Below, in pieces: positions 9,919 to 19,862 of a stretch of 64,000 bases of DNA. Under the pieces are notes generated by a model. It saw only the letters and a program-made list of their open reading frames with translations. It ran no database searches and was not told where the DNA came from. Source of the DNA: Poseidonia sp. (GTDB lineage Archaea; Thermoplasmatota; Poseidoniia; Poseidoniales; Poseidoniaceae). The translations under genes and the position numbers were made by a program. The first letter of the stretch is position 1, and each line of letters begins with the position of its first letter. The stretch covers positions 256,001-320,000 of the forward strand of contig CBFIDD010000002.1 in NCBI GenBank assembly GCA_965661285.1. Reading direction: 5' to 3'.

Positions 9919-12783
9919 ATGGACAGCGAGGCTTCAGCCCTGGATGCCTTGCGCCATGCTCTTGACCGAACCGCCGCCTCGATGAAAGCCACCTTCAATG
10001 ACCGATTGAGTCAAATCTACGACACTGTGCTGACCTCACCGGGCACCGTTTTGACCCTGTTCCTTGTCGTGAGTTCAATCTTTGCCGTTCAGGGCATGGC
10101 CTTTCAAAATCAAATCGATGATGACGTGGAGATTTTCCTTCCGGATGGTGCACCCTCAACGGACCTTTTGCTCGAAGTACGTACAGAGTGGTCCACGGAC
10201 ATCGCCGTGATATACATCACGACCCCGAACGCCAACAATCCCAACGACACCACCAACATCACCGATGAGATTGTGCTCAACGAAATCAGTTGGCTGGAGG
10301 GTGACGACCGGAACATCGGTGGCGATTCAACCAGTCGTGGCATGGACTTTGACAAAACCGACCACGGCAGAAACGACGGTGTGCTTTGGATTCTATCTCC
10401 GGCGCAGGTCATCAAAGAGATCAACTCAGCTGACGGTCGGTTCAACAATTCACTCTGTGTCCACGGAGTAAACAACCGCTTACCCATTGCTTTGGATTGC
10501 GAACAATTGCCTGAAGGCGGTGAATATGCCATTCCCAGTCAAGACCGCATCGACCAGATCATTGAGAGCGCACCCGGCTTATTTGCGGAGTTGAGCCGGG
10601 ACACCAACGACATGGACCCTACCGTTGACAGCGACGGCGATGGAAACTACACCAACGACATGGACGGCGACGGCATATGGGACACCACCGCCATCCTTGT
10701 CGGTATGCATCACGACCCTTCCGTGACCGGGGATTGGGCGGATTATTCCGAATTGCTCAATCACTTCCAGGACATCATCGATAATCGGCCGGCCGAATAC
10801 AGAAACACGGACACCATCACCGTCACGGGCTTGACGAAGGTCCTCGAAGACATATCGGACGCTATTTACGAGGACCTCCTCATGATCCTGCCCTGGTCGG
10901 TGTTGTTCACCGTCTTGGTGATCACGGCATTGCACCGTTCCGCCAAGGTGGTCATCATCACGGGCACACCCATCATGATGGCGCTGGCCATCACGTTTGG
11001 ATCATCGGTCATCATGGACATCACACTGACGCCAATGATCGTCGCCACCTTCCCCATCTTGATCGGTTTAGGTGTGGACTATGCGCTGCACATGGTCAAC
11101 AGAATCGAAGAGGTCAGGCGGAAAGGAATCGACAAGGCGCATGACGAGAACGAACGACGGAGGAAGCGGGGTGAACCTGCAGGTGCCGTCCCGGATCTTT
11201 GGGACATTGAGTTTTACAAATCATGCGTAATGGAGATGACCCGTTCAACGGGCGTGGCCGTCTTCCTGTCCGCCATGACGACCATCGTCGGATTTTCCGT
11301 GCTCATTGCACCGCTCATTGTCCCGATTGCTCCGATTCGGTCGGTGGGGATTACCCTCGTCATCGGCATTTCATCCACCCTCGTTCTGAGCATCGTTCTC
11401 GTACCAACTCTCGCTTGGCTCCTCAAGTTCCACAAACGTAGCAACCCCAGCGTCTGGAAAAACATCGGCCAAGCTCCAATCAATGGCTTCCTGATCATCA
11501 TGCTGCTGGCCGGTTCCATCACCGCTTACGGTGTTGCCAACATGGACGAACTCAACAAGCCCATTACCGGGTCGTCCGAGGCACCTGACGGTATTGAATC
11601 CCTCAACTCGCTGGCCGAATATTCCAGGCAGTTTGGAAGCGGTCAAACCTCGCTGTTCATCTACGACGCATCCATGCGTCCGAACACCAACAACACCCTG
11701 AACATCCGGGACCTCCCGGTCCTTGACTCGCTCGACGCCATCGAACAGGCTGTGAACAACACCGACGAGACGAACACCACCAGCGTCATCACCTTCCTCA
11801 AAGCCGTGCCTGCCACCATCACCCTGGCGCCAGGCGTTACCATCGGGGACGGCTCTCTCTGGGATCTTTTACACGACCCGTGTTGGGAGAGTGAGGACCT
11901 GGCGGACCCTGACTGCATTGGTTGGACATTGATTCCACTGTCCGAGCGTGAGGCCCTCCGAAAAGACATGGTCAACGTCGCCGTTGACACCCTCTCTGAA
12001 GAAGTACGTTCAACGCTGATGAACGAAGACGGAACAAAAGCCATTGTCTACGTCAATCAACGGTACATGAACCTCAACGTCGCCGGTGGCCTGCGAGACG
12101 AAATCGACGACATCTTGGCGGAAGGACCGACTCTCCTCAACACCCGCACATCGCTCCTCACAGGGGGACTCCCGGTGTCCCTTGACATCAACGATGGCAT
12201 TCACAGTACCCAATCGACGACAACACTCCTCACTCTCCTGGTGCTCACGGTTCTTCTCATGTTCGTGTTCCGTTCGCCACGACTGGGCGTCTACACCATG
12301 ATTCCCGTGGCCGTGGTGATTCTTTGGCAACCGCTACTGATGCAGAGCGGGGATGTGAACGTGAACATCTTCACCGCGATGATCGGGACCATCGTGTTCG
12401 GTATTGGCGTGGACGACTCCATTCACGTCATGCATCGTATTCGAGAAGAAGGTGAATCACCCCACGGCATGGCCTCGGCGATTGAAGAAACCGGCCAGAC
12501 CATTTTTGAGACCACCATCACAACGGTTTCTGGCATCGCTGCGGGCTTCCTCGCCGCCTTCCCTGGTCTGGAGAATTTCTTCATGCTCATGTGCCTTCTC
12601 ATCATCTTCGCCTTCATCACAAGCACGTTCCTATTGCCAGCGATCATCACCGCAGAGCATACTGCTCGAGCAAAGGTGAACGGACACCCATCGTGGATTG
12701 ATTTCGGAGAGGGCGTCGCCATGAGCGATGCATCTGTGATGAAACCAATGGATGCGGTCCTGCCCGGTAGCGCAGAGCCCTGA
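9919..12783 (+). CDS. MMPL/RND-family membrane transporter
   Basis: Two TM repeats with GLGVDY and GIGVDD motifs plus two large extracytoplasmic loops; start may be 9886. Confidence 0.9.
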   Translation: MDSEASALDALRHALDRTAASMKATFNDRLSQIYDTVLTSPGTVLTLFLVVSSIFAVQGMAFQNQIDDDVEIFLPDGAPSTDLLLEVRTEWSTDIAVIYITTPNANNPNDTTNITDEIVLNEISWLEGDDRNIGGDSTSRGMDFDKTDHGRNDGVLWILSPAQVIKEINSADGRFNNSLCVHGVNNRLPIALDCEQLPEGGEYAIPSQDRIDQIIESAPGLFAELSRDTNDMDPTVDSDGDGNYTNDMDGDGIWDTTAILVGMHHDPSVTGDWADYSELLNHFQDIIDNRPAEYRNTDTITVTGLTKVLEDISDAIYEDLLMILPWSVLFTVLVITALHRSAKVVIITGTPIMMALAITFGSSVIMDITLTPMIVATFPILIGLGVDYALHMVNRIEEVRRKGIDKAHDENERRRKRGEPAGAVPDLWDIEFYKSCVMEMTRSTGVAVFLSAMTTIVGFSVLIAPLIVPIAPIRSVGITLVIGISSTLVLSIVLVPTLAWLLKFHKRSNPSVWKNIGQAPINGFLIIMLLAGSITAYGVANMDELNKPITGSSEAPDGIESLNSLAEYSRQFGSGQTSLFIYDASMRPNTNNTLNIRDLPVLDSLDAIEQAVNNTDETNTTSVITFLKAVPATITLAPGVTIGDGSLWDLLHDPCWESEDLADPDCIGWTLIPLSEREALRKDMVNVAVDTLSEEVRSTLMNEDGTKAIVYVNQRYMNLNVAGGLRDEIDDILAEGPTLLNTRTSLLTGGLPVSLDINDGIHSTQSTTTLLTLLVLTVLLMFVFRSPRLGVYTMIPVAVVILWQPLLMQSGDVNVNIFTAMIGTIVFGIGVDDSIHVMHRIREEGESPHGMASAIEETGQTIFETTITTVSGIAAGFLAAFPGLENFFMLMCLLIIFAFITSTFLLPAIITAEHTARAKVNGHPSWIDFGEGVAMSDASVMKPMDAVLPGSAEP

Positions 12784-12786
12784 GGA

Positions 12787-13089
12787 GGAGGGAGTAGGGA
12801 GTAAGCCCCTTTCTGTTACCTTTCGGTGACCGCATTCAACTGTGCATCCTACCTGTCCCTCGTCGTGCCGAGTCAACAGGACGGTTTGGACTTGCTCCGG
12901 CGGGGTGGCTCGTCTCATCGACCACAAGGCAACCTCGGTCTTTCAACGTCATTGTACACACCTTGCATCGTTCGTTTCTGCAGCCTGAACCCAACCATTT
13001 CTGTTTGCTTCCTTCTGGTAGCCGCCTGCACTACGGAGAGGGGACTTTCCTCAGAGTCGAACTCTGTCAGCGGTCCTCCTACTCCCTCC
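12787..13089 (-). ncRNA. rnpB: RNase P RNA
   Basis: Minus strand has GAGGAAAGUCC (CR-I), GCAGAAAC, GGAGCAAG and AACAGAAAGGGGCUUA (CR-V). Terminal helix P1 is GGAGGGAGUAGG/CCUACUCCCUCC and P2 is GACCGC/GCGGUC. Confidence 0.95.
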
Positions 13090-13141
13090 AAATGTGCGTG
13101 CGAACCGCTCGCATTTCAATGCGACCCACAAACCCACGACG

Positions 13142-16100
13142 TCACTGGTAGGGGTTTTCGCCAGGAGAGGAAGCGTCCCGAGGCGCACCGTAGGGCCCTG
13201 CTGCTTCTTGTGCAGGGGCTGGTTGCCCACGGGCTGGAGGCGTCAAGCTGGGGGGTTGTTTGGTGATGGGTACATCCTCCCTGCGCAGGCCAACGACCAG
13301 AAGGCCGATGAGGCCTGCCGTCAGGAGGCCGACCACCGTGAGCAAAACGGGATTGATGGTACTGATGGTGCCGAGGACACCATCCGAACGGGGCTCTTCA
13401 ACCAACACCGTGGCCGATTGGGAATTTGGGCCGTTGACAATGCTCAATTCCAGCCACTGAGAACCATCCCGCCCAGGTTTCCAGAGGTACTGGTAAATCA
13501 TCTGTTCGCCGGATTGGATGTCTACAACCCTCGCATCCAATCGAGTTCTGGCACCGCTGGATTCAACCTGCTCAAGCACCATGTTGGCTTCACCGTCGGC
13601 CAGACCGCTGTTGGTGAGGAGGGCAGAAACCTCCACCAGATCACCTTGATGGATATCGCTTGAAGGCTTCAAGTCAACATCCGAGAGTTCGTAAACAGGC
13701 ACGCGTTGTTCGAGATTCCAAACCCGCAGCGGCGCATCGAGATCGTTGAAAATGGAATCGATGGTGAGACCGGCTTCATCAGCACCCGTCACCCAAATGC
13801 GGAGTTCAACCGCCTTGGTTCTGAAGGCGGGGAGCATGAGCGCATCCAAGTCCAACGAACAGCGCACAGGTATGGAATCCCCGTTGGTTCGCTCACCAAG
13901 GATCTCAAGCGGCAGGCTTCCGTTGTCAAAGACATACGAATTCAAACCGAGCCCGGCTTCGTTGAGTGACCAATGCAGTCGAAGCGAGTCCGCATCCAGG
14001 CGAGCGTTTTCATCAAGGCGAAGTTCAAACTGAAGACCCCGCCACATGTCTTCTGAAAGCATGTTGTTGAAACCCGGACGGTCAACCGCAGCCACGCGAG
14101 GAGCTACGTTGTCAACAATGAACCAAACAAAGGCAGCATCATCTCCTCTATAGACTGCACCGTTCGGAGCATCTCGGAGGTCGCCAAACAAACCGTAGGT
14201 ACCATCGAGCAGTGGAGCGAGGATACTGCCCGAGAAACTGCCGTTCACGACCTTGGCCTCGAGGTTGTTTTCACCAAGGGTCAACTCAACATCGAGGGAT
14301 TGACTCGGTCGTGTGCCCGTACGGTGCCAAACGAGGTCGCCGTGAACGTCAAAGGTGGTGCGGGGCTGAACCCAATAGCCCAAATCATCCTCTGATTCGC
14401 CTGGCAGTGCAATCCGGATGGATTCGGCATCAATCGAAAGTTCGCCGGAGAAGCGCCACCGGAGGGGCTCGAGCATGAACCGGTTTGATTGACCAGACTG
14501 GTCAAGAAGGGAAATTTCGGGAATACGCTCAACGGATGTGTCGGGGTCGTACCCCCACTCAACGGAGAAATTAACGACAAATTCACCGTTTCTTGAAAAC
14601 AAATCGTCGGCCTCAGCAGGAACGAGGGTGCACGATTCAACCTCCACATACGGGTCCAACGAGGCACAGATATTCGTGCTTTGATTCCATTGTATCACCG
14701 ACGGATTTGGAGTGTTCGCCGCTAATTTGAGTTCAACCTCGGCCAAATCAAAAATGCCGTTTTGTTCAAAGACGGGAACCCGAAGTTGGTACCATTCGTG
14801 AGGATGGAGCCAAGGCGATACCTCCCCGTTGGGCCATCCAAGCGATGAGGCCCCAAGTGAGGGTGCGCCGTTGGCGTTAAGTTGCACGTGGAACATCGGT
14901 TCGGAGAGCAGCCCTCCACCCTCCATGATGTGCCCGGCGCTGTCGGCGATCTCCACCCAACCGACAAAATAGTCCCCTTCCTCGGCGGCGCTTGAGTCCA
15001 GCGTCAAGCTGTACTCACCCATCAGCGTGGAGAGGTTGTCGGGCAGTTCCAATTCGGATTTGACAACTTCATCGGCGTCCATAACGCCGTTGCCGTTCGT
15101 ATCGTCCTTCCATGATTGCCACAGGTAGACGTCTGCATGGGTTGGCAAATGGGGTCGATCAGCGATCGTGAAGACCAATGGCGTCCTTGGACTGATGTCC
15201 CGGCTGTCAAACCGCTCGACCGAACGGTCAATGAGGGTAGGAGGAACGTTGTCGAACAAGAAGGTCAGGCTTGAAGGTAGGTTGCTCACCACATCTTGTC
15301 CTCGCAAAGGCACCACCTCAACGCCCAAATCGAGCGAGGGCCGTCCTTGCGGAACCGTGTAAGGGAACAAGGCCACCCCGTGGTTGAGCAACGTAGTGGT
15401 GGCGTATTCATTCCCGTCAACAAGGAAACGGACAAGGGCTTGGCCTGACCGCGGCACGCCTTCCGTGGTGTTTTCGAAGCCGAGAACCACCTCGAGGTGA
15501 ACCACCTCGCCGCCCCGAAGGTATGGATAGGCTGCATCCGAACGGATATCGCCACTGGAGAGTACGGACCAGGATTTGACCTCAATGTCGTTTTCAACCC
15601 CTTGGTCGAACCCGAGACCGAAGACCTGAGAGACGGGGAGCAGCGGTCCAGAAGACGAAATCAAACTGACCGAAAGCGTTGCAGACGATTCATCATCCCA
15701 TCCGTCCGGGAATCGGAAATGATGGCGCAACTCGAGGAACTCTCCCGAGCCCACAGCGGAAATCGAACCCGCCGTACCCTCATCAAACCACAACAGTGCG
15801 GTTCCAGAGGCCGTGCATGCTGACAGCGAAGTGGACGTGATGGGCAGCGAAGCGATTGGACATCGGAGTTTTGATTGCTGCTGGGAGCCTGAGAGGTGGA
15901 GTTCAACCTGCCAGCCGGATTGTGTAGCATGGCTGAGCGCATCGGAGATGCCAATTGGTGAGAAATCGAAGGTTCCGACGGATTCAATCCAATGCATGCC
16001 GGGGACGAAGGTGTCGCTCACGTTGTGCACCTCCAGGTCAATCGCCTCTACAGATGCCTGGGACTGGACATCGTTCACCGTGACATAAACCGAACCTGTG

Positions 16101-18136
16101 GCGTCCAAGCGAACGGGCAGGTTCACCGTTCGCTGACCGGATTTTGGAACTGCGGAAGAAATCGCATGGTTCAGCCCCATTACAAGGGGGTGACCGGCGT
16201 TCAGTTCGATGGTTAAGTCAGCGTCGTAGGGAGCAAAAACACCGCCAAACAAGAGGTCGCCTGTGGTGAGAGAGGAGCCAATACGCACCTCCACGGTGGC
16301 CATGGGCAGCCCGGTTGGTCCGTGGTTGTTCGAAGCCTGTGCCAGCGCATTGTTCAGGGAGGTCAAATCCGAATCATCGAGCGAAACCACGGTCAAATCA
16401 TCGATGTTTGAAAGGGTCCGACTCAGGATGTCTTGTCCATTGACCGCCATGGCCAAGAATGGACTTGCAATGCTGCCGGTCGGCGAGGCCACAGCGAAGG
16501 AGAACGCATGGACACCTTGCGTTGGTACTGCAATCTCGAGTGAGGCCGTGTTGGCCGGGGCGATGGCTCGAATGACCCAAAGGTCATCGGTCACAAGGGT
16601 GTTTTGCAAACCGAAGGCACCGTTTCCTGGCCGGTCCATGGACCATTCGTTTGCACCGTCGAGACCCACATCAAACCGCAATCCATCAGGCAACGATGTT
16701 CGAATCAATTCCAGTTCAACCGATTCCCACGTGAACGTGCCACCGCCTGTTGCATTGATCATCCGCAGTTGGAACATGTGTGCGGGCATGCCGAGCGAAA
16801 CACGGTCCACCGCTGCTACATCGGTCCACGACAGGCCTGAATCGGTCGTGAATTGTAATTGTCCGCCACCCGAATGGGTGCTGTTCACGCTGACGGCTGA
16901 AAAACCCGCTCGAACATGGTACGTCTCGGAGAGAACGGCGTTTGAACTCGTGATGGCACCGTTGGCCCAGCTCCCTCCTTGAATGGTCCACCCTTCACTG
17001 GTGGGGTCGGTTTGGAAATGCTTGTCGAGATGACCGTTCAGCGACCAACTTCGGATTTCAGAGGTGCCGCCGTCGGCCGCTTCCTTCATGTGGACCTTGA
17101 ACCGAAGGAGGGGGTGTGCGTGCCAATCGATCATCCCCAGATCAGCCCACGTTGAGGTCAGTCGCTCAAAACCCGGGACGGGAACGTTGGTGGTTGCGTC
17201 AATGACCTGCCATTCAAACACGGAGCCAGGGTAGACCATGGCGTCCATATGGAGCAAACCGTGCATGAGGTTCTCTCCCCGATTGAGCAACGAGGGGCCG
17301 AACACATCGGATGTCCAGTTTCCTTCTCCACTCCCCGAACCACCGGATGGCGTGATGACGATGTCGTCCACCCACGCCGTATCCGACCCGGAGTTGACGC
17401 TTCCGTCTTTGGTGTATTTCCACGTGAGTGTTTGGGCCGTTGCAGGAATGGTGAACTGTTGCAATCCGTTGTTCACCGTACCCGACCAACGTTGGGTGTA
17501 ACCGCTGTACCTGCTGCAGTTGGGGTTATCGATGCAGAAGATGAGATAATCGAAACCCCCCTCCGAGGAAACGCTGTACCTGAAGGTCCCCGTCGAGGCC
17601 GGGAGTTGGGACACATCGAGGGTCATGCTCGATTCTTGGTTGTGGGTGATGGTACCCGCCTTCGCAAGTTGGGCGCCCTGAAGCCGCGTGTCCGCTTGAA
17701 TGGCCCAGTTGGAAGAACCTGAACGCGTCCATTCTGGCGCCCACGTGCCGGTCTCAAAATCATAGCGCCAATCTTGGGGCAATATTTGAAGTGAGGATTT
17801 GTTTACATCCATTCCGTCATAGACAGCGTTGCCGTCAAAGTCGCCAACATCCGTTAATGTGGAGGCCATGGAAGTGGTCAATGTTGCCGCACTGATATCG
17901 AGGTCCAAGGCTTTGATGGAATGACCGTTCGGAACGCTGACTCCCACACGCTGATTAGCACCGTCTGGCCACGAACCGATGGTGAGTTTCTCAGCCTGTC
18001 CCAAGGGCGTGGTTTCCTTGTAGGGCTCATCTCCTTCGAGGGAATGGGGAGCATCGTGGCTCAGGGGCATGAGTGAAATGAGGAACAGCAGAACGATGCC
18101 GACCGCCAAAGATGCACAGCGAGCACGTGGCCTCAT
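13142..18136 (-). CDS. Large secreted, C-terminally anchored surface protein (beta-sandwich/CARDB-like modules)
   Basis: Signal peptide, beta-rich body, CARDB-like LTNSGLADG segment, C-terminal TM followed by RRE and a Pro-rich tail. Confidence 0.82.
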   Translation of the reverse strand: MRPRARCASLAVGIVLLFLISLMPLSHDAPHSLEGDEPYKETTPLGQAEKLTIGSWPDGANQRVGVSVPNGHSIKALDLDISAATLTTSMASTLTDVGDFDGNAVYDGMDVNKSSLQILPQDWRYDFETGTWAPEWTRSGSSNWAIQADTRLQGAQLAKAGTITHNQESSMTLDVSQLPASTGTFRYSVSSEGGFDYLIFCIDNPNCSRYSGYTQRWSGTVNNGLQQFTIPATAQTLTWKYTKDGSVNSGSDTAWVDDIVITPSGGSGSGEGNWTSDVFGPSLLNRGENLMHGLLHMDAMVYPGSVFEWQVIDATTNVPVPGFERLTSTWADLGMIDWHAHPLLRFKVHMKEAADGGTSEIRSWSLNGHLDKHFQTDPTSEGWTIQGGSWANGAITSSNAVLSETYHVRAGFSAVSVNSTHSGGGQLQFTTDSGLSWTDVAAVDRVSLGMPAHMFQLRMINATGGGTFTWESVELELIRTSLPDGLRFDVGLDGANEWSMDRPGNGAFGLQNTLVTDDLWVIRAIAPANTASLEIAVPTQGVHAFSFAVASPTGSIASPFLAMAVNGQDILSRTLSNIDDLTVVSLDDSDLTSLNNALAQASNNHGPTGLPMATVEVRIGSSLTTGDLLFGGVFAPYDADLTIELNAGHPLVMGLNHAISSAVPKSGQRTVNLPVRLDATGSVYVTVNDVQSQASVEAIDLEVHNVSDTFVPGMHWIESVGTFDFSPIGISDALSHATQSGWQVELHLSGSQQQSKLRCPIASLPITSTSLSACTASGTALLWFDEGTAGSISAVGSGEFLELRHHFRFPDGWDDESSATLSVSLISSSGPLLPVSQVFGLGFDQGVENDIEVKSWSVLSSGDIRSDAAYPYLRGGEVVHLEVVLGFENTTEGVPRSGQALVRFLVDGNEYATTTLLNHGVALFPYTVPQGRPSLDLGVEVVPLRGQDVVSNLPSSLTFLFDNVPPTLIDRSVERFDSRDISPRTPLVFTIADRPHLPTHADVYLWQSWKDDTNGNGVMDADEVVKSELELPDNLSTLMGEYSLTLDSSAAEEGDYFVGWVEIADSAGHIMEGGGLLSEPMFHVQLNANGAPSLGASSLGWPNGEVSPWLHPHEWYQLRVPVFEQNGIFDLAEVELKLAANTPNPSVIQWNQSTNICASLDPYVEVESCTLVPAEADDLFSRNGEFVVNFSVEWGYDPDTSVERIPEISLLDQSGQSNRFMLEPLRWRFSGELSIDAESIRIALPGESEDDLGYWVQPRTTFDVHGDLVWHRTGTRPSQSLDVELTLGENNLEAKVVNGSFSGSILAPLLDGTYGLFGDLRDAPNGAVYRGDDAAFVWFIVDNVAPRVAAVDRPGFNNMLSEDMWRGLQFELRLDENARLDADSLRLHWSLNEAGLGLNSYVFDNGSLPLEILGERTNGDSIPVRCSLDLDALMLPAFRTKAVELRIWVTGADEAGLTIDSIFNDLDAPLRVWNLEQRVPVYELSDVDLKPSSDIHQGDLVEVSALLTNSGLADGEANMVLEQVESSGARTRLDARVVDIQSGEQMIYQYLWKPGRDGSQWLELSIVNGPNSQSATVLVEEPRSDGVLGTISTINPVLLTVVGLLTAGLIGLLVVGLRREDVPITKQPPSLTPPARGQPAPAQEAAGPYGAPRDASSPGENPYQ

Positions 18137-18229
18137 GTTTGGACTACGCACGCTTCAAGGTCTAAAGGGTTGGGACTTTTCGCCATGGACCACTCAGGTG
18201 AGAAAGTCAATAGATGGGGTGGACCAGGA

Positions 18230-18925
18230 ATGGGCATGGATGTTGAAGCGCTCAAGGGGGAAGCCGGAATTGCCGCCTGTTCATATGTTGAATCGGGCAT
18301 GAAGGTTGGGCTTGGGACAGGTTCAACGGTGAAGTACACCATCCTCGAATTGGGTCGCCGAGTTCGAGAGGATGGCCTTGACATCATCGGCGTTCCAACG
18401 TCAATTGCGACCAGAGACCTCGCCATGGAGGTCGGCATACCGCTTGCTGATCTTGACGACCTCGATGGATTGGACGTCGTGATCGACGGCACGGATGAGT
18501 TTGACCCCGACTTCCAACTCATCAAAGGTGGCGGTGCAGCGCTGTTGCGTGAAAAGGTGGTCGCTCAATCATCCGCCAGAATGGTCGTTGTTGCTGATGA
18601 ACGCAAGCAAGTTGACGTCCTCGGCGCCTTCCCCCTTCCCATCGAAGTCACGCCGTTTTCCTACAACACAACCAAACGAGCCATCGAGAAAACGCTTGGC
18701 TGCACCGTGGTGATGCGGGCAATAAGCGAGGGCTTGCTGACAACCGATAACGGGAATTACATCGCTGATGCGCACACAGGTCCAAGCCTCAGCGACCCGG
18801 AAGCATCCGAGCGAACATTGCTCAACCTTGCAGGCGTTGTTCAAGTTGGGCTCTTCAACAACATGTGCGACGTGGTGGTGCTTGCGTCGGACGAGGGCGT
18901 TTCCATTCTGGAAAAGAGCGATTGA
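18230..18925 (+). CDS. rpiA: Ribose-5-phosphate isomerase A
   Basis: GLGTGST, DGTDE, IKGGGAALLREK, TDNGNYI motifs. Confidence 0.96.
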   Translation: MGMDVEALKGEAGIAACSYVESGMKVGLGTGSTVKYTILELGRRVREDGLDIIGVPTSIATRDLAMEVGIPLADLDDLDGLDVVIDGTDEFDPDFQLIKGGGAALLREKVVAQSSARMVVVADERKQVDVLGAFPLPIEVTPFSYNTTKRAIEKTLGCTVVMRAISEGLLTTDNGNYIADAHTGPSLSDPEASERTLLNLAGVVQVGLFNNMCDVVVLASDEGVSILEKSD

Positions 18926-18954
18926 TGTGATTTCAAATCCGCTTTGCGTGAAGC

Positions 18955-18962
18955 ATTAAATA
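18955..18962 (+). promoter_or_regulatory. Putative TATA box of tRNA-Lys
   Basis: ATTAAATA 22-29 nt upstream of the mature tRNA 5' end. Confidence 0.6.
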
Positions 18963-18983
18963 GACGAGGCAGAAGGCCGAAGT

Positions 18984-19060
18984 GGGCCTGTAGCTTAGTC
19001 AGGTAGAGCGACGGACTCTTAATCCGTCGGTCGCGGGTTCGAACCCCGTCAGGCCCGCCA
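18984..19060 (+). tRNA. tRNA-Lys (CTT)
   Basis: GGGCCTG/CAGGCCC acceptor stem, ACGGA-CTCTTAA-TCCGT anticodon arm, GGTTCGAA T-loop, encoded CCA. Confidence 0.97.
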
Positions 19061-19063
19061 TAC

Positions 19064-19360
19064 TCACGCTTCCCATTTTGCGAGGATGTTCTGACGCGCC
19101 ACGGGACCAAAGTTGTGTGAATCTTCGGTCGCTGTTGGGTCGGTCTGGTCACCAACCAGGAAAAATCGGCCATCGGACTCCACCCTCAGAATGCGTTTGA
19201 CCACCATCACGTTGTCCTTCAACGGATGATAAGCGAGCACGACATCCCCTTGCCCAAGCAGGGTTTGGCTATCGACTTCAAGGAAGGACAAGACTTGGCC
19301 GTCAACAAAGGTCGGCCACATGCTGTCGCCTTGGATGCGCACATCCAAGCGTTCGGTCAT
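19064..19360 (-). CDS. sodX: Nickel superoxide dismutase maturation protease (S26 family)
   Basis: GDSMWPT, VKRI, EDSHNFGPV; directly downstream of sodN. Confidence 0.9.
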   Translation of the reverse strand: MTERLDVRIQGDSMWPTFVDGQVLSFLEVDSQTLLGQGDVVLAYHPLKDNVMVVKRILRVESDGRFFLVGDQTDPTATEDSHNFGPVARQNILAKWEA

Positions 19361-19369
19361 GAACAGGCC

Positions 19370-19810
19370 TCAAGAGGCTCGAATCCAAGGGACTTCTCGG
19401 CCTTTTGCAGCCCAGAACATCTCGTGTATGGCCTCGCAGGCGTCCATGAGTTCTTGGGCATGGTTGGCAGACACTTCAACCTTGCACGCAGAGCAGAGTT
19501 TTGCTGCGTGCCAAAAGGTGTCGTGAAGGTCAGGATTCGACTCGAGGTGCTGGGGCTTGAAGAAATCCGTCCACAATACGAGAAGCTCGTCTTTGCACTT
19601 CTGTGCTTCTTCTTCCTTCACCGCTGCATAGCGGGCCATGGTGTTCATGTAGGCGGCCATAGCGACGCCGTCAGAGGTGTCAGGACAGGTCATGGCCAGC
19701 ATCTTCTTGGTCATGGATTGGACGGCTTCGGCAGCGATTCGGGCGCTGGCGGGGTCGTACACTCCACAGGGAGCATCACAGTGGGCTTCGGCAACGAGGG
19801 GGGTCTTCAT
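19370..19810 (-). CDS. sodN: Nickel superoxide dismutase precursor
   Basis: Ni-hook HCDAPCGVYDP after a short propeptide; LWTDFFKP motif. Confidence 0.96.
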   Translation of the reverse strand: MKTPLVAEAHCDAPCGVYDPASARIAAEAVQSMTKKMLAMTCPDTSDGVAMAAYMNTMARYAAVKEEEAQKCKDELLVLWTDFFKPQHLESNPDLHDTFWHAAKLCSACKVEVSANHAQELMDACEAIHEMFWAAKGREVPWIRAS

Positions 19811-19862
19811 GGTGTATCCCAAGCACTGGAACCATAAGAACATGATTCTTTTTCTTCAACGG

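Noticed and set aside
12826-13266. 146-aa ORF in the gap after MMPL
   Set aside because: Antisense to the RNase P RNA gene.
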